From positions 3,872,001 through 3,936,000 of the forward strand of contig OZ220741.1 of NCBI GenBank assembly GCA_965116885.1: DNA of 64,000 bases, in the 5' to 3' direction. The notes beneath the pieces were generated by a model, which searched no databases, was not told the origin of the DNA, and saw nothing but the letters and a program-made list of their open reading frames with translations. The translations under genes and the position numbers were made by a program. This document shows, piece by piece, positions 10,526 to 20,534 of this stretch (the stretch's first letter is position 1; each line of letters begins with the position of its first letter). Source of the stretch: Candidatus Latescibacterota bacterium (GTDB taxonomy: Bacteria; Latescibacterota; UBA2968).

Positions 10526-11269
10526 CTATATGCTCCGCCCGCCATCTACAATGAGGTTTTCCCCTGTGACAAAGGGGCTGAGAATGAGTCCGAGGATGGC
10601 GTCGGCACAGTCTTCGCCGGTTGCGACGCGGCCCATTGGCGTGGCTTCCAGATGGAGTTTGCGGAAGGCGTCCCAGCCGATTCCCCAGCGCGTATCGACA
10701 AAGCCCGGGGAGATGGCGTTGACCTGAATATCGGGTGCTTGACTGGTTGCCAGAGAATTCGTCAGGCAGATCAGCGCGGCTTTGGACGCGGAATAGGCAA
10801 TTGAACTGCCTTTTCCAGAGATACCGGAGATTGAAGCGACGTTGACGATGCTTCCACCGCCACTTTCTTTCATTTTTGGGATTGCTGCCCTGGCTGCGAA
10901 GAAGGCGCCCTTTACGTTGACGGCCATCGCGCGATCCCAATCGTCCTCTGTCAGGTTTTCCAGATCCTCCAGCGGCACGAACCGCGTCATGCCCGCGCTG
11001 TTGACGAGAATGTCGAGGCGGCCGAGTTCATCGACCACGCGATCTACCATTTCCCGAACGGCTGAGTCGTCCGATACGTCTGCTTTGACGGCGATGGCTT
11101 TGCGCCCCAGCGCTTCGATATCCGCACAGGTTTTGTTGGCGTCATCTTCAGATCGGCTGTAGTTGACGGCGACGTCTGCGCCTTCTGTGGCGAATAGCAG
11201 CGACGCCGCGCGACCGATGCCCGTTCCTCCACCAGTGACAAGTGCTACTTTGCCATCGAGTTTTCCCAT
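10526..11269 (-). CDS. SDR family oxidoreductase
   Basis: TGGGTGIG, NSAG, YSASK. Confidence 0.95.
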   Translation of the reverse strand: MGKLDGKVALVTGGGTGIGRAASLLFATEGADVAVNYSRSEDDANKTCADIEALGRKAIAVKADVSDDSAVREMVDRVVDELGRLDILVNSAGMTRFVPLEDLENLTEDDWDRAMAVNVKGAFFAARAAIPKMKESGGGSIVNVASISGISGKGSSIAYSASKAALICLTNSLATSQAPDIQVNAISPGFVDTRWGIGWDAFRKLHLEATPMGRVATGEDCADAILGLILSPFVTGENLIVDGGRSI

Positions 11270-11297
11270 GGTGACTCCCTTCAATAGTGTGTAAAAT

Positions 11298-11341
11298 CGC
11301 TTAAATTAGGCGAAGATATGTCCAAATGTCAATTGGGTTCT
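11298..11341 (-). promoter_or_regulatory. Duplicated sigma70-like promoter module, copy 2
   Basis: 41/44 identity to 1306-1349; directly upstream of the SDR-led operon. Confidence 0.7.
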
Positions 11342-11496
11342 TAATGATCCCGATATTTGATAGTATATGCGAAAAGGTGAGTATATTAAAGCGGAAATTG
11401 ATGCTGTTCGATTCTGATGCGGCGTTTTTTTTTGTTTTATTTTTTAAATTTGATACCATATTGAGATTACAAGACAAGATCACAGGAGATTCGGTT

Positions 11497-12276
11497 ATGA
11501 CCCCCGAAGAAAAATTTATGTTTGACCTCGAAGGTTATCTGGTCGTCAGAAATGTGCTCTCCAAAGAGGAAGTTGATCAATGCAATGAAGTTGCAGACCG
11601 CATCGCGCGCGACCAGTTTGAAATCTATCGAGACGATGGGCTAAAACTCGCTCGGAATATCACGCTGTGGGATCCCTGCGTTCAGAGTCTCATGGACCAT
11701 CCCAAAATTATCCCTTATTTGATCGAACTTTTGGGACCGAGTATCCACTTTGATCAGGATTATTGCATTTTTTTGGATAAAGGCGGTTCCAAAGGTCCGC
11801 TGCACGCCGGCACGATGAAATCGAAAACGGAATTATTCCCATTCTTTTACACGTATCACGACGGCATCATGCGCAATGGTTTGACAACACTGGTCTATGC
11901 GCTCACGCCCGTGCGAAAGGGCGATGGTGGTTTTTGCTGTATTCCAGGCTCGCACAAGTCCAACTTTCAACTCGACATCCCCGAGGATGTTATGTATTTC
12001 AGACGGCCCGCCCATTACGTCGTACAACCCGAATTGGAGCCGGGTGATCTGATCATTTTTACGGAGGCGACAGTACACGGTACTATGCCCTGGACAGCCA
12101 ATCACGAACGCAGGTCATTTCTCTTTAAATACAATCCCGGGAATACGATTTCATGGGCGAATTATTACAATATAGATGATTACGATCACTTGACTGAGAA
12201 CCAAAAGCGCATGATGTCGCCGCCGGGGGGCCAGGGGCCAACGAAGCCTCCAAGGGCCAATGTCATTGCGCCATGA
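11497..12276 (+). CDS. PhyH-family Fe(II)/2-oxoglutarate enzyme (HxG variant)
   Basis: FDLEGYLVV, IPGSHK, GDLIIF...HG..PW, RRS. Start at ATG 11497 after CAGGAG. Confidence 0.88.
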   Translation: MTPEEKFMFDLEGYLVVRNVLSKEEVDQCNEVADRIARDQFEIYRDDGLKLARNITLWDPCVQSLMDHPKIIPYLIELLGPSIHFDQDYCIFLDKGGSKGPLHAGTMKSKTELFPFFYTYHDGIMRNGLTTLVYALTPVRKGDGGFCCIPGSHKSNFQLDIPEDVMYFRRPAHYVVQPELEPGDLIIFTEATVHGTMPWTANHERRSFLFKYNPGNTISWANYYNIDDYDHLTENQKRMMSPPGGQGPTKPPRANVIAP

Positions 12277-12294
12277 TACACAAGGGAGGTGGCG

Positions 12295-13287
12295 ATGAAA
12301 GCAGCTATTTATTGCGGTCCGCATGATATTCAGATGGCAGACGTGCCTGAGCCTGAGATCAATGCAAATGAGATTCTGGTAAGGGTGAAGGCGTGTGGGA
12401 TTTGTGGGTCGGATCTGCACGCTTATCGCATCGGGCTGTTTGAAGATTCTTTGGGACGTCCGATAGAAAAGGGCCTCATCATGGGTCACGAGTTTAGCGG
12501 TGAGGTTGTGGAAACGGGGCGAGATGTGCAGCGGTTTCGGATAGGCGACCACATTTCTGGCGGGGGATTGGGCGGGTTTGCCGAATATCTTCCCCTGGAA
12601 GTCAATCCCAATCGTCCCTATAAGTTGCCCAAAACCATCAGCTTTGAAGAAGGCGCGATGATGGAGCCTCTCGCCACGTCGATACACGCAGTGGGTCTGG
12701 CAAAACCCATTGAGGGAGAAACAGTTGTTATTCTGGGCGTTGGAATTATTGGTTTGGGATGTATTCAGGTCATTCGGGCAACGGCGGGCGGGCGCATTAT
12801 CGCGGTTGATACGTCGCCAAAAAGGTTGGCTATGGCGCGCCAATTGGGTGCAGATGAGATCGTGAATTTGACAGAGGTCGATCCTGTAGATGCTGTTATC
12901 GAACTCACGGGTGGTGAGAGACCTGTGGAAAGATTCGGTGCGCGAGGAGGAAATGCCGATGTGGTTATTGATTCTGCTGGCGCGAAAGCCTCGCCGAATC
13001 AGGGGTTGACGATGCTAAAACAACAAAACGGTCGCCTCGTTCCCGTCGCATTATTTGAAGATCAACCCGAACTCGATTTTAACCAGGTGGTGCGCAAGCA
13101 AGTCACGCTTCAAGGGTCATGGTCCTGGACCCCCGATGACTACAGGTGGGGAATTGAACTCGTCAGGAGTGGGAAAATTGATCGGAAACCACTCGTTTCC
13201 CACGCCTTTCCTCTCGATCAAGCACCCGAAGCGTTTGCGACACAGGCCAAACCAGGTGCTGCGATCAAAACCTTGATAAAACCTTGA
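12295..13287 (+). CDS. Zn-dependent MDR alcohol/polyol dehydrogenase
   Basis: CGICGSD, GHE, GVGIIG. Confidence 0.93.
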   Translation: MKAAIYCGPHDIQMADVPEPEINANEILVRVKACGICGSDLHAYRIGLFEDSLGRPIEKGLIMGHEFSGEVVETGRDVQRFRIGDHISGGGLGGFAEYLPLEVNPNRPYKLPKTISFEEGAMMEPLATSIHAVGLAKPIEGETVVILGVGIIGLGCIQVIRATAGGRIIAVDTSPKRLAMARQLGADEIVNLTEVDPVDAVIELTGGERPVERFGARGGNADVVIDSAGAKASPNQGLTMLKQQNGRLVPVALFEDQPELDFNQVVRKQVTLQGSWSWTPDDYRWGIELVRSGKIDRKPLVSHAFPLDQAPEAFATQAKPGAAIKTLIKP

Positions 13288-13995
13288 TTAGATGAGTTCA
13301 ATATCGCGTAAGATCCAGGACAGTAGCGTAAATGTGACAAAGACGGGTCGTCTTTGTGTATCGAATACATAGTGGATGGGTAATGTGCCCTGTCCTGTGT
13401 GGCAAAAAGAGAAGAGGGATTGGCCGTTGGATTCGATTTGTTCGGGCCCGTGAAGTAGCTGACCTGTTTTGCAGTACGTGAGTTCGTCGATGGTTGTAAA
13501 TGTTTCGTCCAGGGGGGTGGTCCGATTGGCGAGCGCGAGGGGGAGGATCCATTGGCACGATATGGGTGTATCCGCCGAGAGGTGCTTTTTACCGGCTGTG
13601 CCATTTATTTCTATGATCGCGTCCCGAACCGTGCCATTGATGAGCAGGCGTTTATCCGGTGTTTCTGCCTGGTACCAGGCGAGTTTCCAGTCCTGAATTG
13701 ATTCTCCAATGCACTCATCCTGCGCTGTTGTGACGGTTGCTTCGTAAATTTCCCGCCCGCCGCCATTGCGTTTTTCAACGATCAGGTACTCTGCACCGTT
13801 CTCTTTGTTGTAGCGCGAGATTTCCACTGTTCCTATTGGCCTGTCATCAGTCAATCCGTCGGGATGTGTGTTTGTCCACTGCAGAATTTCGTAGGTCAAT
13901 TTGCAATCGGAATCCAATTGAACGGTTTGTTCTGGGGCATCGTAGTTTTGCAATTGCCCGGCGATTGTGTTGAGTTCGGCTGGTATGATGTTCAT
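13288..13995 (-). CDS. Hypothetical protein
   Basis: GGAGGT RBS; ATGA overlap with the upstream sulfatase stop; no recognised motif. Confidence 0.75.
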   Translation of the reverse strand: MNIIPAELNTIAGQLQNYDAPEQTVQLDSDCKLTYEILQWTNTHPDGLTDDRPIGTVEISRYNKENGAEYLIVEKRNGGGREIYEATVTTAQDECIGESIQDWKLAWYQAETPDKRLLINGTVRDAIIEINGTAGKKHLSADTPISCQWILPLALANRTTPLDETFTTIDELTYCKTGQLLHGPEQIESNGQSLFSFCHTGQGTLPIHYVFDTQRRPVFVTFTLLSWILRDIELI

Positions 13996-15302
13996 GATCC
14001 CACCTCCTCTGTCCATCCATTTCCACGTTTGAGATTTGCCATTCTCTCTTCTCTTATTCTATCTCTTTCCCCCGTTTTATCGGGTCCGCTGTAGGGTGTG
14101 ACGATGTTTGCGTATTCGGCGAGGTATGTGGCGTGCCTGTGTTTGACGTCGTCAAAGCCGGGTTCTGATGCGAGATTCTGTTTTTCCAGGGGATCGTTTG
14201 ACAAATCGTAGAGGGTGTGTTGTCCCGAGTCGTAGAGGATGGATTTGTACTGGTTGTCGCGAATGGCGATTGCACTTGCGTTTTCTCCTATGACGCTTTC
14301 TCGCCAGGTAATATCGTCTTTTCCTTCGAGAAGTGGGCGCAAGCTATTTGCATACGTGGTGTCGGGCAGGGGAGGTGCGCCGGCGTAATCGCAGATTGTG
14401 GCGGGGATATCCACGCCCGATATGAAGTGCGAATCGTTTTGCCTATTGGGGATGCTGCCGCGTTGTGAAATGACGAGTGGGACTGCCCAGGCTTCTTCTT
14501 CAAAAAAGCCTTTCAATACTCTTCTGTGGTGCCCAGAGCCTTCGCCGTGGTCGGCTGTAAAGATGATGAGGGTGTTTTCAATGAGGCCATTGTTTTCCAA
14601 TGTGTCGTAGATCAATCCGATCTGGGCGTCAACGGTTTCTACCATTCGGTAACACTGATAGATGTAATATCGCCAGTCTGTTTCTGACCAGTGGCCGACC
14701 CGGTGCTTCTGGTTTGGCGGCATGAGACTGATTTCGAAGTTGCCGGGTAAATCGGGTAGGTCGGGCAACTGAGGCTCCATGCCGTATTTTCCCACGGGTC
14801 CGCTGACGCCGCAGACATAACAGCAGTCGTGCGGGTTTAAAAGACCGACTGATAAAAAGAAGGGACGGTCATCATTTGCGTGGTCGGAGATATATTGTGC
14901 TGCTGCTCTGGCAGAGCCGGAGTCTTGCAGTTCTCCGTAGGGATGTCTGTCGTAGATCACGTCAAAGCTGTTGGCAACATTTCGTCCCGTGACATGCCAC
15001 TTGCCAGAATACACACAGTTGTAATCGGTGTGTTTGGTCAACCACTGGCCGAGGTCGGGCAGGTTGGGGTCGATGGGGAACGGATTGCTGATAACGCCGT
15101 GTTCGACAGACATGCGCCCGGTGTACCAACTCGCGCGTGCAGGACAACAGACGGGGTTGGCGCTGTAGGATCGTCTGAAAGATATGCCTTCTGCGATCAG
15201 GCGATCCATGTTGGGCGTTGATACATCTTTATTTCCATAGGCGGATATCGCGAGGTGATGTTGTTGATCCGTGTGGATGAATACAATATTGGGTTGGCTC
15301 AT
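13992..15302 (-). CDS. Sulfatase (Cys-type)
   Basis: PNIVFIHTDQ, CCPAR, GKWH, ADHG. Confidence 0.94.
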   Translation of the reverse strand: MSQPNIVFIHTDQQHHLAISAYGNKDVSTPNMDRLIAEGISFRRSYSANPVCCPARASWYTGRMSVEHGVISNPFPIDPNLPDLGQWLTKHTDYNCVYSGKWHVTGRNVANSFDVIYDRHPYGELQDSGSARAAAQYISDHANDDRPFFLSVGLLNPHDCCYVCGVSGPVGKYGMEPQLPDLPDLPGNFEISLMPPNQKHRVGHWSETDWRYYIYQCYRMVETVDAQIGLIYDTLENNGLIENTLIIFTADHGEGSGHHRRVLKGFFEEEAWAVPLVISQRGSIPNRQNDSHFISGVDIPATICDYAGAPPLPDTTYANSLRPLLEGKDDITWRESVIGENASAIAIRDNQYKSILYDSGQHTLYDLSNDPLEKQNLASEPGFDDVKHRHATYLAEYANIVTPYSGPDKTGERDRIREERMANLKRGNGWTEEVGS

Positions 15303-15320
15303 TTTTTCTCCTATTTTTTT

Positions 15321-16544
15321 CTACAGAGCGGCGAAGGGCAGTGCCGTCACGCCGGGACCGAGTGGAAGATGTACGTCACCGGGATGCACGACGTATCCCG
15401 GCATCGCTGTGCTCTCCATGTCTTTTTGGAATGTCTTGAGGGCCGCGGCCATGGCAGGGCGTGGCGTAGCAGATAGCTTTACCTCTATCGGTACGAGCTT
15501 TCCACCGATCTCGATTACAAAATCTACTTCGGTTCCCGCCATCGTCCTCCAAAAGTAGATCTGCGGATCGATTCCCCGATGCGTCAATGTCCGGACGATT
15601 TCGGAGAGCACTGCCGTTTCCATGATAGCACCTCCCATGGGACCTGAGGCGGCATGCTCGGGGTCTTTGAGGCCCGCGAGGTAGCAGAGCGTGCTGACAT
15701 CTGTAAAATACACTTTTGGGGTCTTGACGAGCCGCTTCCCAACGTTCGCAAAATAAGGGCGTAGCACGATTATCTGGTAGGTGGCTTCGAGCACGGAGAG
15801 CCAGGCTTTGATTGTGTTGACCGCCACGCCGAGATCTCGGGCGACATCTGTCAGATTCAGGAGTTGGGCACTTCTGCTGGCCAGGATTCGGAGGAAATTT
15901 TGATACTGGGTCAGGTCTCCAACCTGTCGCAGCGTACGCACGTCCCGTTCGAGATAGGTCTGGATATAGCTGGCTTGCCAAAGGGATGCATCGCGGTTGG
16001 GTTGTGTCGCGAGTTCTGGGTACCCTCCCCGGAGGAAGCCCTGCCACAGTTTGCCAAAGGCGTTTGATGTTTTTAAAGGCAACGATTGCTGCTCGCGCTC
16101 CCACGGAAGGGCAAGCTGCGGACGCCCCTCCATTTCCCGTCTGGAAAGCGGCAACAGGCGAAGCATTGCCGCGCGACCTGCCAAAGATTCGGTTACTTTC
16201 TCTGCGAGCAACAAATTCTGTGAACCTGTCAATAGATATTGGCCGCTTTCGCTTCGATTCGCATCTATCCTCTCTTTGATATAGGGTAGCAACTCAGGGG
16301 CGTACTGTACCTCATCAAAGATAACAGGAGGCGGATACATTTCCAGGAAACTGCGCGGGTCTTGCAGGGCGGACGCCTGAATGTCCAGAGGCTCCAGAGA
16401 GGTATATCTGCAACGCCTGCCAAAGAGATGCTGGAGGAGTGTTGTCTTTCCAGACTGACGCGGTCCGGTCAATACGACGGCGGGAAATTCGGAAGCAGCC
16501 CTCGTGAGGATGGGTTCCAACGAACGTTTGATGTAATTTTGCAT
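15321..16544 (-). CDS. AAA+ ATPase with DUF4143 C-terminal domain
   Basis: GPRQSGKTT, FDEVQ, LTGS, GGYP, TYLERD, EVDFV...PIEVK. Start at ATG 16544. Confidence 0.92.
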   Translation of the reverse strand: MQNYIKRSLEPILTRAASEFPAVVLTGPRQSGKTTLLQHLFGRRCRYTSLEPLDIQASALQDPRSFLEMYPPPVIFDEVQYAPELLPYIKERIDANRSESGQYLLTGSQNLLLAEKVTESLAGRAAMLRLLPLSRREMEGRPQLALPWEREQQSLPLKTSNAFGKLWQGFLRGGYPELATQPNRDASLWQASYIQTYLERDVRTLRQVGDLTQYQNFLRILASRSAQLLNLTDVARDLGVAVNTIKAWLSVLEATYQIIVLRPYFANVGKRLVKTPKVYFTDVSTLCYLAGLKDPEHAASGPMGGAIMETAVLSEIVRTLTHRGIDPQIYFWRTMAGTEVDFVIEIGGKLVPIEVKLSATPRPAMAAALKTFQKDMESTAMPGYVVHPGDVHLPLGPGVTALPFAAL

Positions 16545-16598
16545 ATCGCGGCTTCCTATCTCCGCATCAGATTGCGTTTGTGACGGTCCTTTGGGTCG

Positions 16599-16628
16599 AT
16601 AATATGCATTCCAAATGCATATTGTCAA
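16599..16628 (-). promoter_or_regulatory. Promoter TTGACA-N18-TATTAT with overlapping perfect palindrome AATATGCATT-cca-AATGCATATT
   Basis: 10-bp inverted repeat at 16601-16623 fills the -35/-10 spacer. Confidence 0.65.
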
Positions 16629-16722
16629 CTTAAAACGAGACAACTTGTGATTATTTTTTGTCTGACAGATCAATTTCGGTTGTGTATTTTGTGCTGACTA
16701 CCCATAACATGAGAAATTTGAG

Positions 16723-16929
16723 ATGAGTTATCGAGAACCTCTTGTAACTGTTATTACCGCGACAAATCCCGGTTTGCTCGCGGTGATCAAATCCGTGCTC
16801 GACGATGCTGAGATCCCCTGTATCACCCGGGGCGAGGGATTTCAAACCCTGTACGCGGCGGGACATGTTGACGTGCTGGTATTTGAAAGCGATGCCGAAG
16901 AAGCCAGGGCACTGTTGAAAAATCTGTAA
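16723..16929 (+). CDS. DUF2007-like small protein
   Basis: IKSVLDDAEIPC...VLVFESDAEEARALL pattern; heads the plus-strand run. Confidence 0.8.
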   Translation: MSYREPLVTVITATNPGLLAVIKSVLDDAEIPCITRGEGFQTLYAAGHVDVLVFESDAEEARALLKNL

Positions 16930-16942
16930 ATAAGGATTTTAT

Positions 16943-18688
16943 ATGCAGAATATCCTGAAGTTGATGGGTTATATGCGGCCCTATTGGAAGCAGGCGACTA
17001 TCGCTCCGCTGCTGAAATTGATTGAGGTGATGCTGGAGTTGATGCATCCCCGGTTGGTGCAGCGGATTGTAGATGAGGGGATTGCCCAGGGAGATCTGGA
17101 TCTGGTGATTGAGACCGGGCTGTGGATGCTGGGTCTGGCCATTGGGGGCGTTTTATTTGGGATTGGCAATGCCTGGTTTGGCGTGTGGGTGGCGCAGCGG
17201 GTGGAGACCGATGTGCGAAGTGCGCTTTTTGGCAAAATACAGTCGCTGTCGTTTGGCAATCTGGATAAGCTGTCAACGGGGCATCTGATTACGCGGCTGA
17301 CCAATGATGTGCGGCAGGTGGGAGAGGTGGCGCGTTTGATATTGCGCATTCTGTCGCGTATGCCGATGGCGATGGTGGGCGGTCTGGTGATGGCGATTGT
17401 GACCAGTCCTCGCCTGGGGTTGATGTTTATCGGGCTGGCTCCTGTGATTCTGGGGACTCTTATTCTGGTGTTTCGAAAAGCCAATGCGATGTTTGGCGAA
17501 GTGCAGAACCGCCTGGATCGGGTGAATCAGGTGACGCAGGAAAATCTGGCAGGTGTGCGCGTGGTGAAGGCTTTTTTGAGGGCTGACCACGAGATCGAAC
17601 GGTTTGGAACGGCCAATGACAGATTGATGGAACAGACGATTCGGGTGACGCAACTGGTGGCTCTGGTGATGCCGTTTATGATGCTGCTATTGAATCTGGG
17701 CGTTGTGGGGGTGATCTGGTTTGGGGGGATTGCCGTAACCCAAGGCGGGATGAAGCTGGGTGAGATTATTGCGTTTATCAATTATCTGTTGCTTTTCTTG
17801 CAGTCTCTGATGATAGGTAGTATGGTGCTTATCCGGATGTCCCGAGCAGAGGCTTCTGCCGAGCGCATTGTCGAGGTGCTGAATAGCGAGCCCGAGTTAC
17901 AGGATCGGGCAGATGCAAAGCGGGATGTGGTATTGGAGGGGCAGGTTGCGTTTGAAAATGTGACGTTCAGCTATAATGAGACAGCGGACGATCCGGTATT
18001 GCGGAATCTGAATTTTGTCGCCGAACCGGGGCAGAAAGTGGCGATTTTGGGTTCGACAGGGGCGGGCAAGTCGTCGCTGGTGAATCTTATCCCGCGGTTT
18101 TACGATGTGGATGCAGGGCGGGTGATGGTGGATGGGATGGATGTGCGCGATGTGGATCAGGGAACACTGCGACAGCAAATCGGGATGGCGCTCCAGGAGT
18201 CGGTCCTTTTTTCGGGTACGATTCGGTACAATATTCGGTACGGGCGGCCCGATGCGACCGATGAAGAGGTTGAGGCCGCTGCCAGGGCAGCTATGGCGCA
18301 CGATTTTATTTTTCAGTTTCCGGATAAGTACGAGACGCTACTGGGGCAGCGCGGCGTGAATTTGTCGGGGGGACAGAGGCAGCGGATAGCGATAGCCCGG
18401 GCGTTGATCTCCCGGCCAAAGGTGTTGATTTTAGACGATAGTACCAGTGCGGTAGATCTGGAGACAGAGGCCAGGATCCACGATGCGCTCGAACAGATGG
18501 CCGGGTGTACGAGTTTTCTGGTGGCGCAGCGCATCAGTACGGTGTTGAAGGCAGATAAGATTCTGGTGCTGGACGATGGGATACTGGTTGCCGAGGGCAC
18601 GCACCAGGAGTTGATGGCGTCCAGTTCAGTATATCAGGAGATTTACGATTCACAACTCGGAGAGGGAAACGGATATGGCGGAAGTTGA
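16943..18688 (+). CDS. Heterodimeric ABC exporter subunit (TM287-like, degenerate NBD)
   Basis: GSTGAGKS, LSGGQ; degenerate Walker B ILDDSTS and Q in place of the H-loop His (VAQR). Confidence 0.94.
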   Translation: MQNILKLMGYMRPYWKQATIAPLLKLIEVMLELMHPRLVQRIVDEGIAQGDLDLVIETGLWMLGLAIGGVLFGIGNAWFGVWVAQRVETDVRSALFGKIQSLSFGNLDKLSTGHLITRLTNDVRQVGEVARLILRILSRMPMAMVGGLVMAIVTSPRLGLMFIGLAPVILGTLILVFRKANAMFGEVQNRLDRVNQVTQENLAGVRVVKAFLRADHEIERFGTANDRLMEQTIRVTQLVALVMPFMMLLLNLGVVGVIWFGGIAVTQGGMKLGEIIAFINYLLLFLQSLMIGSMVLIRMSRAEASAERIVEVLNSEPELQDRADAKRDVVLEGQVAFENVTFSYNETADDPVLRNLNFVAEPGQKVAILGSTGAGKSSLVNLIPRFYDVDAGRVMVDGMDVRDVDQGTLRQQIGMALQESVLFSGTIRYNIRYGRPDATDEEVEAAARAAMAHDFIFQFPDKYETLLGQRGVNLSGGQRQRIAIARALISRPKVLILDDSTSAVDLETEARIHDALEQMAGCTSFLVAQRISTVLKADKILVLDDGILVAEGTHQELMASSSVYQEIYDSQLGEGNGYGGS

Positions 18689-20522
18689 TCGACAGCGCGA
18701 CGGTGAACAGCGAGGTCCGGGCGGAATGATGATGGGGGGGCGCCGCCGGATGATGATGGGAGATGACGAGCGGGCGCGAGATATTCGGGGAACTACCCGC
18801 CGTTTGCTGGGGTATATGAGGCGCTACAGGGGGACTTTGGTCGGGGTGATAGGGTTGGTGGTGATCACAACGGGGTTGGAGGTGGCAGGTCCGTATTTGA
18901 TGGCGCGTGCGATTGATGAGTATATCGCCTATAGCGACTTGCCGGGACTTTTCCAAATTACCCTGTTGTTGGCGGGGGTATATGTGGCGATGGCACTGAC
19001 GACCTGGCTACAGACGTTTATTATGGCGCGGGTATCTCAAAGCTCTGTGCGAGATTTGAGACAGGATATCTTTAATCATTTGCAGGTGCTTCCGCTGCGG
19101 TTCTTCGACCGGCGTGCCAGTGGTGATATCATGAGCCGGGTGACCAACGATGTGGATAATATCAGCAGTGTGTTGTCGGAGAGTGTGACGCAATTGATTA
19201 ATAGCGTGTTGACCCTGGTAGGCGTGTCGGCCATGATGTTCTGGATGGATTGGCCGCTGGCGTTGATTAGTTTGCTTACCTTTCCGCTGATGACGTCTTT
19301 GACCGGGCAGGTCGCCAAACGCGCGCGACGAGGATTTCGAGAGCAGCAGGCGGCATTGGGTGCGCTCAATGGGATGATTGAGGAGACGATTGCAGCGGAA
19401 CAGGTGGTGAAAGCTTATGGCCGCGAACAGGCGTCGATTGAGGCGTTTGAAAAGTTCAATAACAGGTTGAAATACGCCGGTACGCGCGCGCAGTTTTTCG
19501 GGACGCTGATGCCGCCTTTGACGTTTTTTATCAACAATATGGGTCTGGTGATTGTGGCTTTTGCGGGTGGCTATATGGCGATTCAGGGCGATGTGACAAT
19601 CGGTGTGATTGCCGCTTTTATCAGTTATGTGCGGCAGTTTGGACGACCTTTGGGGCAGGTTGCCAATTTGTACAATTCGATACAGTCTGCACTGGCCGGG
19701 GCAGAGCGGGTTTTTGAGACTATTGACGAGTTTCCCGAAGTGCCCGATATGCCAGATGCGGTCGCGTTAGAACAGGTTCGGGGCGATGTGGTTTTTGATC
19801 GGGTGTGTTTTGGGTATGAAAAAGATGTGCCGGTGCTCAAAGAGGTGAGTTTGCACGCCAGGCCGGGTGAGAAGATTGCGCTGGTAGGGCCGACGGGAGC
19901 GGGGAAGACGACCATTGTGAATTTGCTGACCCGGTTTTACGATATCGATAGTGGGGCGATCTATATCGACGGCCATGATATTCGGCAGGTGAAACGGGGA
20001 GCGTTGCGGCGGAAACTGGGTATTGTGTTGCAGGATACTTTTTTGCTGTCTGATACTGTGCGGGAAAATATCCTTTATGGGAGGCTCGATGCTTCGGATG
20101 AGGAGGTGGTTGATGCGGCCAAATTGGCCAATGCAGATCCCTTTATTCACCGTTTGCCCCAGGGCTATGATACGGTGCTTTCGGAACGCGGCGGCAATTT
20201 GAGCCAGGGACAGCGGCAGATGCTGGCCATTGCGAGAGCCGCGCTGGCCGATCCGTCGATTCTCATTTTAGATGAGGCGACGTCCAGTGTGGATACGCGG
20301 ACGGAAATGCGGATTCAACAGGCGCTTTTAAGGCTGATGGAGGGGCGAACGAGCTTTATTATTGCCCACCGGTTGAGTACGATTCGCAATGTGGATGAGA
20401 TTCTGGTTATTGATGACGGGCAGATTATTGAGCGCGGGTCGCATCGGGCGTTGTTGGAGGCGGAGGGATTTTATTACAATTTGTATATGAGTCAGTTCAA
20501 GGGAGAGGTCACTTTTGTTTAG
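18675..20522 (+). CDS. Heterodimeric ABC exporter subunit (TM288-like)
   Basis: GPTGAGKT, LSQGQ, ILDEATS, AHR; overlaps its partner gene. Confidence 0.94.
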   Translation: MAEVDRQRDGEQRGPGGMMMGGRRRMMMGDDERARDIRGTTRRLLGYMRRYRGTLVGVIGLVVITTGLEVAGPYLMARAIDEYIAYSDLPGLFQITLLLAGVYVAMALTTWLQTFIMARVSQSSVRDLRQDIFNHLQVLPLRFFDRRASGDIMSRVTNDVDNISSVLSESVTQLINSVLTLVGVSAMMFWMDWPLALISLLTFPLMTSLTGQVAKRARRGFREQQAALGALNGMIEETIAAEQVVKAYGREQASIEAFEKFNNRLKYAGTRAQFFGTLMPPLTFFINNMGLVIVAFAGGYMAIQGDVTIGVIAAFISYVRQFGRPLGQVANLYNSIQSALAGAERVFETIDEFPEVPDMPDAVALEQVRGDVVFDRVCFGYEKDVPVLKEVSLHARPGEKIALVGPTGAGKTTIVNLLTRFYDIDSGAIYIDGHDIRQVKRGALRRKLGIVLQDTFLLSDTVRENILYGRLDASDEEVVDAAKLANADPFIHRLPQGYDTVLSERGGNLSQGQRQMLAIARAALADPSILILDEATSSVDTRTEMRIQQALLRLMEGRTSFIIAHRLSTIRNVDEILVIDDGQIIERGSHRALLEAEGFYYNLYMSQFKGEVTFV

Positions 20523-20534
20523 GATGGAGGAAAA

